From assembly GCF_009914755.1 (NCBI RefSeq), contig NC_060937.1: a stretch of DNA of 64,000 nt. One strand, given 5' to 3'. The DNA comes from the human T2T-CHM13v2.0 reference genome, Homo sapiens. The notes under the pieces are model-generated. The model was not told the origin of the DNA, made no database searches, and saw only the letters and a list, made by a program, of their open reading frames with translations. Positions 15,104 through 27,487 of the stretch are shown piece after piece; position 1 is the stretch's first letter; the number at the start of each line of letters is the position of its first letter. A program made the translations under genes and the position numbers.

Positions 15104-16027
15104 ACACTTGATATATATTTATAACATCTCCAGACCTGTTGGTGTATTCTGAAATGTGGTAATACCTTCAATGGAATATCGATTGAAATTGGCAACAGGG
15201 TTGTTCAGCAAGAATTCCAATAGCAGATGAGTGAATCATCTCTCCACGTTGAAGAATTTTATATTCTATGCAGCAAGAATATTTTATCTACTCTTCAATA
15301 TGTACATAGTGTATTATGTTCAAATTGCTGGCAATATTTTATTGCTCATTTTTTGTGATCTTTTTTAATAGCTTCTAACTATCCTGATTTCCGCATATCA
15401 CCCAACAACGAAGGAATTTCTTTGCTTAGTTGATACAGGAGCATTAACTTAATGTTGCAGAATTTAAGGTCTCCTCTTTTATAAACTTATAATATCATTT
15501 CTCTCCCTGTGCAGTAAGTCTGATTTAATTTCCTCCCAGAAATCAGTAAAGGTACTATTTTTGTCTTTGCTTGCTTTTAATCCTTATTTGATTAAAATAC
15601 CATGTGTTTAATTGGACTGGGTTTTCTCAACCTCCTCAATTCTAAATATCAAAGGCAGCTGTAGGACTGCTGGAATGGTGTTAACAGGCTCCTTGGATTC
15701 AACTGACTGTTCTGGGATAATCAGTACATCAGCAGAACCCACAAAATGCTAGTTCCTCTTCCCCTTCATGCTGCCCTGTGCTGCCACACCCTCCACATCG
15801 CTTTCAGAGTTCTTAACAGCAAGGGAAGAGGAGATATTTATAGGAATGTGGAGGGTGTATGAAACCTATTATTCCCCTTTCTAACAGGCTAAAATCTTTT
15901 TCAATCTTGCAGGTTTTTGAAAAGACTTCAAGTGCTGTTTGATTGAAGCCCTGCAGTATTGACAAGAAAGGCCTCACTGAAAACGTCAGCATTTGAAAAT
16001 GAAAAAGAAAAACATAGGCCCCTGTCA

Positions 16028-16165
16028 ATATATATACATATATATATACACATATACATATATATACATATACATATATATACACATATACATATATATA
16101 CATATACATATATACATATATATACATATACATATATACATATACATATATATGTATATATATAT
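16028..16165. repeat. (TATACA)n-type microsatellite at the Alu tail
   Basis: Seen directly; lies between the Alu tail and its TSD-like tcaata. Confidence 0.95.
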
Positions 16166-16169
16166 TTGG

Positions 16170-16458
16170 TTTTTTTAGACGGAGTTTTGCTCTTGGTGTC
16201 CAGGCTGGAGTGCAATGGTGCAATCTCGGCTCACTGCAACCTCCGCCCCTCCTGGTTTCAAGAGATTCTCCTGCCTCAGCCTCCACAGTAGCTGGGATTA
16301 CAGGCACCCACCACTACACCCAGTTAATTTTTGTATTTTTAGTAGAGACGGGGTTTCACCATGTTGCCAGGCCGGTCTTGAACTCCTGACCTCAGGTGAT
16401 CAGCCCGCCTCGGTCTCCCGAAGTGCTGGGATTACAGGCGTGAGCCACCGTGCCCAGC
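16170..16458 (-). mobile_element. AluS (Sq/Sp/Sx-like)
   Basis: agacggagttttgctcttg...tgacctcaggtgatc...gtgagccaccgtgcccagc. Confidence 0.95.
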
Positions 16459-16744
16459 ATCAATACACATTTTTAAAGAAAATATTAGGTATCACTGTGG
16501 TGCTTTTACAAACTAGTGAGCTTTTGAGATGCCAGGAGAAAGAGGGAAGGATGAGAGAGACAGAGGCAGAGACAGAGAGAGACAAAGAGAGCAATTCTCT
16601 CGGCTCCAAATGGGAGCAATATTATACCAAAGTAACTTCCCCATCAGTAGACATTTCCAGGGTTTCCATGATACCCACACAAGGCAAAACTGAAACATAG
16701 GCTACGACGATGGAGAAAAAGCCCAATTGCAACATCACCATCCT

Positions 16745-17179
16745 TCTAGCACTGTCACAACAAAGTGCCACAAACTGGGTGGCTTAAAACAACAGAAATT
16801 TTTTCTCTCACCGCTCCAGAGCCTACACATCCAAAATCAAGGTGTTGGCAGGGTTGGTTCCTTCTGGAGGCTCTGAGGGAGCATTCATTCCAGGCCTCCC
16901 TTCTAGCTTCTGGTGGTTGTTGGCAAACCTTGCCGTTCTTAGCGTGCAGTGACATCACCCCAATCTCTGTTTCCATCGTCTGTCTCTGTATTCCTGTATC
17001 CAAATTTACCTCTTTGTGTAAGGACAGCAGTCATTAAATTAGGGCCCACCATAATCCAGGGTGACCTCCTTTTAATTTGATTACATCTACAGAAGCCTAA
17101 TTTTTAAACAAGGTTATATTCACAGGTATTGGGTGAAGACTTCAACCTGTCTTTCTGGGAGACACAATTCAAGCCACAG
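16745..17179 (-). mobile_element. MLT1C-like MaLR LTR
   Basis: ccacaaactgggtggcttaaaacaacagaaatt, ttctggaggctctgaggga, attagggcccacc, gacacaattcaa. Confidence 0.85.
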
Positions 17180-17762
17180 GACCCTCTATAATAACAAAAT
17201 AGCCTCGTGCTACCACCTAGATAGTCAGTGTTTATCTTTGCATATTCAGGCCTTTGTAGAAGTTCCTCATACTCTAGTACTTTTATAAACACTTCCTCAA
17301 GTCCTTATTCCCTAAGAGTTATTCATATAAACTAGCAGGTGTAGAGAGGTACTCACATTGGTTCTCAGTCAGTGATGGCCACACCCAGCCATGGGACTTG
17401 CTGGGTGTGCTGCCATATTTTGATTTAAATTTTACAGAGTAGAGTACAATTTGCTATGAATAAGAGGTGAGGAAAATAATTTATCTGAATCCAAAGAAAG
17501 ACTGTCTGTTCACCAGAACACACAAAAATTTTGTCTTGTGAGTATATAAAAGGATGAGTTCAAAGAAGTCAATAGGTCTACTCAAAATGGACACCACTGG
17601 GGCAAACTAGTGAGAAGTGTGGAAACAGAGAAGACTTTAATGGACACTGTCAAGCACTGCTATACTGTGATGGGAAATGCAAAGTAATTGTGGCTTACTT
17701 GTTATGCTGTTCTGAGACTTTCAATCTCTTCCAGTGTTGCTGTCAAATCTGTTGATACCTAG

Positions 17763-18107
<345 letters not shown>

Positions 18108-18670
18108 TACACTAAGTATAGACCAAATGCCCCAACTCCAGCACCACTCCCGCTAAATAATACCTCCAACATTTACAATTGCTTAACTCGGTACATGTCT
18201 AAAGATGAGAATTTCAAACCTATAAAGAAAATTATTCAGAGTAGCAGAGAACTGTTTTTAATCTACCCAGTGATTCGTTCCATGTATATGGGAAAATGAA
18301 TCCCATTCAGGACTGGGATGAAATCAACCGACTTCACCAAGAAGACTGATCTCAAGAATTATGAAGCTGTCTATAGCTTTTTGAGAACAATGAAAATATT
18401 TTTGCCCAGGATATAACCCCCAACAGTTGCCACAGAGCCAGAAATTCTGTCAATGGGGACCTGTTCTGAAGATGTGTGAAGAGCTGTCTGATATAATGCC
18501 AATACCCACTGCTACTCCCACACAACAGCTAATATTTTATAAAAATTCACTTACTCAGGTATTTTTCCAACCAAGAACACTAGAAATAAGCTCAGGAGAC
18601 ATATCTGTCTGGGAAGACACCTACTGAAGGAAAAGGCAAACGTGCCCAAATCATGTCACCTCCTTTGCAG

Positions 18671-18775
18671 TTGTGCCTGGGGGCTGGCCCTGTGACTCTT
18701 CTCCTCGAACTTCCATACAACATGTCTATAGATGACATTTTGCATAACTTGGAAGATGATGGGGGAAGCAACAAG
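18671..18775 (+). other. Candidate isolated exon (105 nt, gene unknown)
   Basis: Acceptor cctcctttgcag|, donor AAG|gtaagg; phase-0 frame is open (LCLGAGPVTLLLELPYNMSIDDILHNLEDDGGSNK); no recognised homology. Confidence 0.25.
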
Positions 18776-19371
18776 GTAAGGGATCTGCCCAAATATTTTC
18801 CCAGAGAAAAAAGTCATGTTCAGTGAAGGGAAATGAGGGAAAGAACAGAGATTTGGGAAACAAGAAAAAGCCATGTGTTCTTTTGCTCCAATGATCAACT
18901 TCATCCCTCTGCACCCTATTAGAAACCTGCTGACTAGAGAGCCCTCTGCCTCTGATCCTGAAGGCCAAGTGAACATCAGGTCAAAAAATAGAATCCCAGG
19001 ACGCAATGGCCTTCCACTTCTCTCCACAGCCCACAGCAAAGCTCTTTAATAAGATAATTCCCCATGCCCTGGTAGGAAGCTGGGTCAGATGCAGAAATAT
19101 CATGAACTAAATGTCAATTAAGAGCCTCATATGTTTATAGTTGAGAGGAGGATTCTAGAAATGTAAATGGGGCTGAATTTCTCTTTTCTGCCCTAAACTT
19201 CACATCTCTCCTTCAGAAACTTGCTTTCTACTTCTCTCCAAAAAGTATAACAGTCAGAACTTCCAGGCCTCTCCACTGATGCTATAAGCAAAATAACATG
19301 TTCCCTTTGGCAGGATGCCCTGGTGCTGCCAATTTAATTATGCTTTTCAGTATTTTTCAGCCTCCTTTTAA

Positions 19372-19782
19372 GTGGCAGAGACTGGTAGCCTTCTCTCTTC
19401 TTTCCTGGACACACAGCTAGACCTCAATTTCCAGCTCTCTCGTGGTGAGGTACGGCCATGAGACTGAATTCCAACAGATGGATTGTGAGGAGTGTGCACC
19501 ACTCTCAGGTCTGGCCCATGAAACTTCCATGCATGGTAATTCTTGCTTTTTTCCCATCTGCCAGCCTGGTGCAACAAACATAACCACTTTGGAAGCCACA
19601 TGGCAAAGATGACAGAGCCACAAGACGGAAAGAGCCTAGGTCCCTAAATCGTCACCAGGAAGCTCTAATCTAAAAAACAAACAAACAAAAAACACTCTTT
19701 AGGATGTTCCACAAGCAAGAAATAAAATTCTATTGTGTTTAAGCCATTATACATTCTTTACTCAAATTTTGTGTTACAGCAG
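19372..19782 (+). mobile_element. MLT1I/J-like MaLR LTR
   Basis: ggccatgagactgaattc, ggaagccacatg...aagatgacagagccacaagacggaaagagcctaggtccct, gaaataaaattctattgtgtttaagcca. Confidence 0.75.
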
Positions 19783-20186
19783 TGATATGGTTTGGATGTG
19801 TGTCCCCACCAAATCTCATGTTGAAATATAATCCCCAGTGTTGGAGGTGGAGCCTGGTGGGAGGTGTTTGGGTCATGGGGGCAAATCCCTCATGGCTTGG
19901 TGCTATTCTCAGGACAGTGAGTGAGTTCTCACAAGATCTTGTTGTTTAAAAGTGTGACACCTTCCCCCTACTTCTCTCTTGCTCCTGCTTTCACCATGTG
20001 AGATGCTGCTTCCATTTCGCTTTCTGCCATGATTATAAGCTTCCTGAGGCCTCCCCAGAAGCTCAGCAGATGCCAGCGCCATGCTCCTGTACAATCTGCA
20101 GAACTGTGAGCCAGTTAAACCTCCTTTCAATATAAATTACCTAGTCCCAAGTGTTTTTAATAGCAATGCAAGAAGGGCCTAATACC
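19783..20186 (+). mobile_element. MST (MSTA/B) solo LTR
   Basis: tgatatggtttggatgtgtgtccccaccaaatctcatgttgaaa...gcaatgcaagaagggcctaatac. Confidence 0.92.
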
Positions 20187-20255
20187 ATATTCATATTCAT
20201 ATACATATTTATATGAATATACATATTCATATTCATATACATATTCATCTATATG

Positions 20256-20466
20256 TATTCATCTACATCAATCCACGTAAGTATCCAGGACCCTTTTATG
20301 TTTCTCCCATGGCCAGGCCAGTCTTTCTGGCTATGAGTACAACATGGAAATACATACTGAGAGCCAAAGTCCATTTTGTGATCCTGGCAACATTGTTAGT
20401 TGCAGGATTAGGATTACATGACTTTCAGTCCACTCATCTCTTCACCAGGAACATAGCTGTCTCTAG
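20256..20466. repeat. Dispersed ~210-bp duplication, copy A (pairs with 21354-21560)
   Basis: About 33 substitutions and 2 small gaps over ~210 bp by hand alignment. Confidence 0.9.
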
Positions 20467-21353
20467 TGAATCTACCTTGACTGATATGCACCTTCATTCT
20501 GAGGTGCCCACCGTGGAGACCGTGGGCTTACTACACTGTTTTTCACTACAGCATTGCACTGGGCAGTTATGCTTCTGAAAACACTGCAGATGATGTAAAA
20601 GAGCCTGTACATAACAGATGTGAAGTGATATACATATATGGAGAGATACTATTATTGTTGTTTTCTTGTTACAAAAGGCACCTTTTTCATTGGCAGTCGT
20701 GTTTTTGATCCTTTCCCTTCATCTGGTGGGAAATCCTGTGTCACATTCTTCCCTGCTTAAGGCATGACCATAAAGTCAAATATTATTGTTAAGACAAATA
20801 TTTTTATATTACACATTACACAAAGACACATATATTTATTATTAAATTGATTGTTTCTTGGAAACACACCCAGAAATGATTCATTTCTTAGAAAATATGG
20901 TAATAAAACATTTCATCTGAAACAAGACTATAGCATACGTCAAGTATGGCCAGTGGGTGATAAGTCACATTTCACTTTCTCAAGATTGTTTCAACAATGA
21001 GTAGACTCATAAGTAGCCTTTGAAATGAAAAACAGGAATTGGGAGGAGAAGGCAGAGCAAGAGCCTAGATAAGAAAAATAGGTCAAAATTAAGCATTGAC
21101 ATAGCTGAAGGAAATGTAGTTCAATACTCCGTATATAAATAATTGCCCTGATTAGATCTAAAGGAGTTTAAAAGAAGGTGTGGTTAAGTTAGAAGTGTCA
21201 CCAGGAGGGCTTCCAGGCTTATTCTCCCTGAGACAAGGCTAAGTCCTTCCTTTTGTAGGCTCTGATATTTGATGTGGTCAGCATCCATGGGTGGATTCAT
21301 CTCTTGGGAATTTAAAGTCAATAGAGATTGAGGAGTAAACAAGAAAGCCAACA

Positions 21354-21560
21354 TATTCATCTACATCAATCTATGCAAGTATCCAAGATCCTCATGTGTT
21401 TCTATAGCCAGCCCAGTCTCTCTGGATATGAGTACAATGTGGAAATACATATGACAGCAGAAGTCCACTTTGTGAGCCTGGCAACATTGTTAATTGCAAG
21501 ACTGGGATTACCTGACTTTCAGTTCATTCATTTCCACAGTAGGAACATGCCTGTCTCTAG
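21354..21560. repeat. Dispersed ~210-bp duplication, copy B
   Basis: Same ends tattcatctacatcaatc...ctgtctctag as 20256-20466. Confidence 0.9.
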
Positions 21561-21812
21561 GAGTCAATGCATCAAGCTATTGAAGATGTGGGTCTTTCCC
21601 CCTCTTGGGAGACAGCTTGAATGGACAAGGCCAACTTTGACCTTTCTGTCTTTTGTTTTCCTTCATCCCACACTTATCTGTCCTTTACTTCTCCACCCAT
21701 GCCTGAATGTACCATTTTTTCTCACTCTTCATAATATTAATAGGCTTAAACAATGTTCTTGAGTTGCCTGTTAATTGCATGTGAAATGCCTTATTTCTAA
21801 GATGAATCATCC

Positions 21813-22182
21813 TGATATGGTTTGGCTCTGTGTCCCCACCCAAATCTCATGCTGAATTTTATTCCCAATGTTAGAGGAGGAACCTGGTGGGAGGTGATTG
21901 TATCATATTCCCCCTTGCTATTCTTGTGATAGTGAGTTCTCACAAGATCTAATGGTTTAAAAGTGTGTGGCACTTCCCTCTTCACTCTCTCTCTCTCCTA
22001 TTGCCATGTGAAGATGTGCTTGCTTCCTCTTTACCTTCTGCCATGATTTTAAGTTTCCTGAGGCCTCCCCAGACATGACTACTGTACAGCCTATGGAACT
22101 GTGAGTCAATTAAACCTCTTTTCTTTATAAATTACCCAGTCTCAGGTAGTTCTTTATAGTAGTGTGAGAATGGACTGATACA
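21813..22182 (+). mobile_element. MSTA solo LTR
   Basis: tgatatggtttggctctgtgtccccacccaaatctcatg...gtgagaatggactgataca; TSD catcc/cttcc. Confidence 0.92.
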
Positions 22183-22469
22183 CTTCCTGATATCTGAGCT
22201 CAAGGGCCATGGGATATTTTTATTCAAGTCACCTTTGCCTATAAAAGTTAGTGTTATTTTTCCCCCAGAGAAGAATATATTTTGTCTGTTTTTGAAGCAA
22301 ATGTCATTCATTTGATGGTCTCATCCCCAAATGTTTAGATATTCTACTTTTAACTAAGAAAAAAAATCTTATTACTAAGTTGACTTTCTAAGCACAAATT
22401 TCTTGCCAAAGGAAAAGTCTGGAATGGCAGATTTGTAACTAAAATACCAATTAGTACTTGAGACACAAT

Positions 22470-22661
22470 GAGATTGTTGAAAGAACAATAGACTTGACTT
22501 CAGAACACTAAGGTTCTTGACTCTGTTCATCCACTAAAGCACTGGGAAACTTTTTTTTTTTTTTTTTGCACATTTTCACCCTCTGTTCATTATATGAAAA
22601 GTAAAAGAACTAGATGAAATCATTTGTAGAGTTCCTTTTAGCTCTATGTTTTCATGATTCT
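22470..22661 (+). mobile_element. MIR (MIR3/MIRc-like)
   Basis: gaaagaacaatagacttgacttcagaa...gttccttttagctctatgttttcatgattcta. Confidence 0.55.
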
Positions 22662-22734
22662 AAGACACTAGAGCAGACATGCCATAGTACCAAAAACTCT
22701 TGCTAAGAAGAAAGGGGAAAGAGAAGACCTACCA

Positions 22735-22878
22735 GTGACTGAGCCTTTACCAAATTCTAAGCATTGTGCATATACCATCTCACTCAATCCTTAAAACCAC
22801 ACTGTAAGTAGATCCTAGCATAATCTGCATTTTACAGATGACAAAGGGAGGTACAGAGAAATTAAGTGATTTGTTCAA
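22735..22878 (-). mobile_element. MIR, interrupted by MLT1A
   Basis: catctcactcaatcctt...cattttacagatgacaaagggaggtacagagaaattaagtgatttg. Confidence 0.75.
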
Positions 22879-23346
22879 TGTTATGGGCTGAATGATTTTG
22901 TCCCCCCCACCCACCCCAAGAATTTATGTGTTGAATTCTTAAGCCCCAGTATGATGGTATTTCAAGGTAGAACCTTTGGAAGATAATTAAATTTAGAAGA
23001 GGTAATGAGAGGGGGGCTGGTCCTTGTGTAAGATTAATGCCCTTATATAAAGAGACTGGAGCACTTTCATGCTCTCTCACTCTCTCCTCTCAATCTGTCT
23101 CTCTCTCTCTCTCTCTGTCTCCCTCTCTCCCCACTCCCTCCCCTTCTCTCCCTCTTCCTCTCTGCTATGTGAGGACACAGAAAGATGTCAGCCATCTGCA
23201 GTCCAGGAAAAGATCCCTAACCAGAAACCAAATCAGCCAACACCTTGATCTTGGACTTCCCAGCCTCTAGAACTGTGAGAAATACATGTCTGCTGTCTAA
23301 ACCACCCAGACTATGATATTCCATTATAGCAGCTTGAACTAAGACA
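22879..23346 (+). mobile_element. MLT1A-like solo LTR with an internal (CT)n
   Basis: tgttatgggctgaat...accttgatcttggacttcccagcctctagaactgtgagaaata...gaactaagaca. Confidence 0.88.
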
Positions 23347-26196
23347 CCCAATACCCTACAGTTAGTACAAGGTCTGAACCTTATGTTAAAAATAGAGGCC
23401 AAATTAAATTGTACCAAAATATTTGAAGAAATTGTCCCCAGTGCAGCCTGCTATGTGCCAACAGCACCAGTACTTGAGTGCTACTACTCTGAGGGCAGGA
23501 TTAGAAATTAATTTGTGTCAGTGCCACAAATGCATAGCAAATGACACAGATGGTCTGGTTTGAAGAATAGGCACTCTAGAGGCCACCTTGATCAAAAGGA
23601 TTTCACTATCCCAGGAGCAGGCAATGCTGAGCACCTGCTAAGCCAGCCTTTAAAAATCAGTTCACTGGGATAAGCATTGCTTTCTTCCTGTGGCTTTCTT
23701 CAAACTGTAAATTCTACTGCATTGGGAGTTAGAAGTTCATTGCTTCAACCTGGTCACAGATGCAACTGGTGAGGCAAGAGTGCACCAGATGCCTGGGGAG
23801 GGGATAATGATTGAGAAGAGAGAATTGACACAAGAGAGAAGGGAGAAGAAGATAAAGGCAGATGAAGGCAACAGCCTACTTCTCTCTTTGCTAGGACCAA
23901 TCCTAGAGAATTCTGCTCTTGGCTTAAGCTGAGGAGCTAAAGCCATTACTTACAGCTTACAACCTCCCAAGTCAGGCAGCAGTACTCACATGGGAAGGTT
24001 ATCAGAAGAAGCAGGGAGTGTGTCATGGTGGGGACATTACTGTAGCAGATGGTGGCCATGTGAGCTGTGGCGGCAGCCAAGGGCTTGTTCAGAATGGATT
24101 CTGTTCTGCTTTCATGGCATCTGTTTCCAATCTAGGGCTGAGCCTCCAGATCTGCTGACACTGCTCCTTCCAAATCCAAGTCAGTGCCCAGCTCAGCATC
24201 CGGACCCTCAGCCCTTGGGACAGGCTGCATTGAGCTCGGAAAGAAAATTGGAATTTCCCCTTCTTGCCTCATTAAAGGAACCATCTAAGTTCACTTCTCT
24301 AACAGGAGCAAATTTGGCTGAATTTAGTCTTGAGCAGTGATGAGCAAAGGTATCATATTCCATAATCCTCCCTATGTCTCAGTAATAAATGCACTGGAGT
24401 AAGAAAGAAATATCTGCACATGTCCTTACTCCCCTGGGGATGTTGTGACTCCATCTGCTGCTTCACATGCCAAGTGCTAAGGATGGCAGTCATTTCTAAG
24501 AAACCATAAAAAATTTTACTGAGCATATTCTGCACTTTTACCTCCATTGAACATATATCACTAGGCACCAGGCAGAGTATACAATGGACCACGAAATCTC
24601 ATTGCCTTAGATGTATCTGTATGCAAGAAATCAAGTCATTCTGGAGGTTTCATCTGGGAAATACAGATAACAAAGGTGCTACATTGATGCAGTTTTTCTT
24701 ATAACAATTTTCCTAATCCATTACTTCATTTTCCATGTGTTGACCCAGCTCTCATTTCAGCCTCTTTAGCCCCATCTTGGGTATGAGATTTATTGTTCCA
24801 ATGTGGACTGTGAAGAGGAAAGTGTGAGAATGAGATCATAGGTTCCACTAAGCCCCACTGTCCCAAAACACAATGAGCCACTTTTGGCAGCCTGACCAGC
24901 CCTACAGGAAGGCCACTGGCTAAGGAACCATGCCAAGCTTTGAGCCAACCATGCTGTGTTGAAAGATTTCATGCAAGAGTCCTGAAGCAGAGTAGTGGAA
25001 TTTTCTGGAAGTAAAGCACCCCAATTCCTGTCCCAGAAACAATGTTTATTGGATGGCCTCTGGCTCCTAGCGACCTGGTTTTCATTTCCATCAGGCAAAT
25101 AGAAATGAATGTAAAACTTTCTGCTGCCTCACCATCCCCACCCTCCCAAAGCGACCCAGGGTTTCCAGTTCCTGCCGCAGACTCTGACTCCTCTCACCTC
25201 CTTCCTAAGCGAGAGCTCTCTCTGCACCCTCTGCTCTACACAGAAGGTGGGTGGAAAATGGAAAGCCTCAGGGGCTGTCAGGAGAGCAGAGGAACAGAAA
25301 AGCACAGATCTGAGCACATGCACTCAAGCATGTGGGCCACCATGGGGTGCCATGGCCTTTGTGTGCAGAGCCACATGGGGCCAGAGTTCTACCTGCCCCT
25401 AGAGTTTATGTCCCAGGCATTAAAATGTAGAGGAACTTCTCTCTGCCTTCTTCGTTTGCTGGTGAGATCATAAGCTTGGAAGGAGTAGTGGGGACCCAAA
25501 GATGACACAGGACAGAGCCAGGATTAGAATTCGGGTCTCCTAATGACCCCATGCCTACTCCTCCTCACTGTCTCCTTGTGCGAGGGGTGAGAAGAGAAAG
25601 GAGGAACAGAGGATCTTGGGGTGGAAAAGTTTGAGAACCTTTAGCTTAGGCTAAATTTCTAAATCAGAAATTGTGCAGCTTTCATCTGTTCTGCACACAT
25701 TCCTCACAAGGCACCTGGTGGCTGCTCTGAAGATACATCCTCATGGCATTGTGCCAGCTGAATGCTGTGGGGCAGGAACAAGCCTCAGCTCACTCCTCTG
25801 GTGCAAAGTCCTCTGGATCCCAGAGCCTCTCTCCTGCAGCCTGGGCAGCCTTCAGCTACTGTGGAACCAGGTGGAAACTTATAAAAGGGAAGCTGTGGTT
25901 GAGCACTGGCAGACAATATGCAGAGATATAGTGTGGAGCACTTTAAGGTTACCTACATCTGCAAAGATCCCTGTCCTGCTGCCTCCACAGCCACTGTTGA
26001 AACACCAGTGGGACATAGAGTTCTGTGCCTATGGCAGAAACAATCCAGATTAATTCATTTTAATACAGAGTTTTGAAGTTTTTTAATTTACCATCTTTAG
26101 ATTGTGGATCTACTTGCAGGACAAAGCCTAGATTTTAACCTGGGGCCACACCACCTTCAGGACATGCATATTCATGAAGAATCCAAGCCACCAGTC

Positions 26197-27224
<1,028 letters not shown>

Positions 27225-27329
27225 CCAAGCCACCGAAGTTTTTGATGTGGTTCCTTCAGATGTTGTTATTTGTCTTCTCCCTTCTTATGTACCAAGATAA
27301 TAATTACTCCTTGTGGTACATGCTAGGGA

Positions 27330-27487
27330 ACTTCAACACATCAGGCAAGATGTTACTATTCCTATTTTACAGATGAATAAAAAGAAGTGAAAAAAATTCT
27401 GATTGCATGATTTGCCTCAGATCTCACAGCTGGTAATGGGGCTGTTATTCAGACCCTGGCCTGACTCTTTAACCTGGATTCTTTCCA
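27330..27487 (-). mobile_element. MIR
   Basis: cctattttacagatgaataaa...gatctcacagctggtaatggggctg. Confidence 0.7.
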
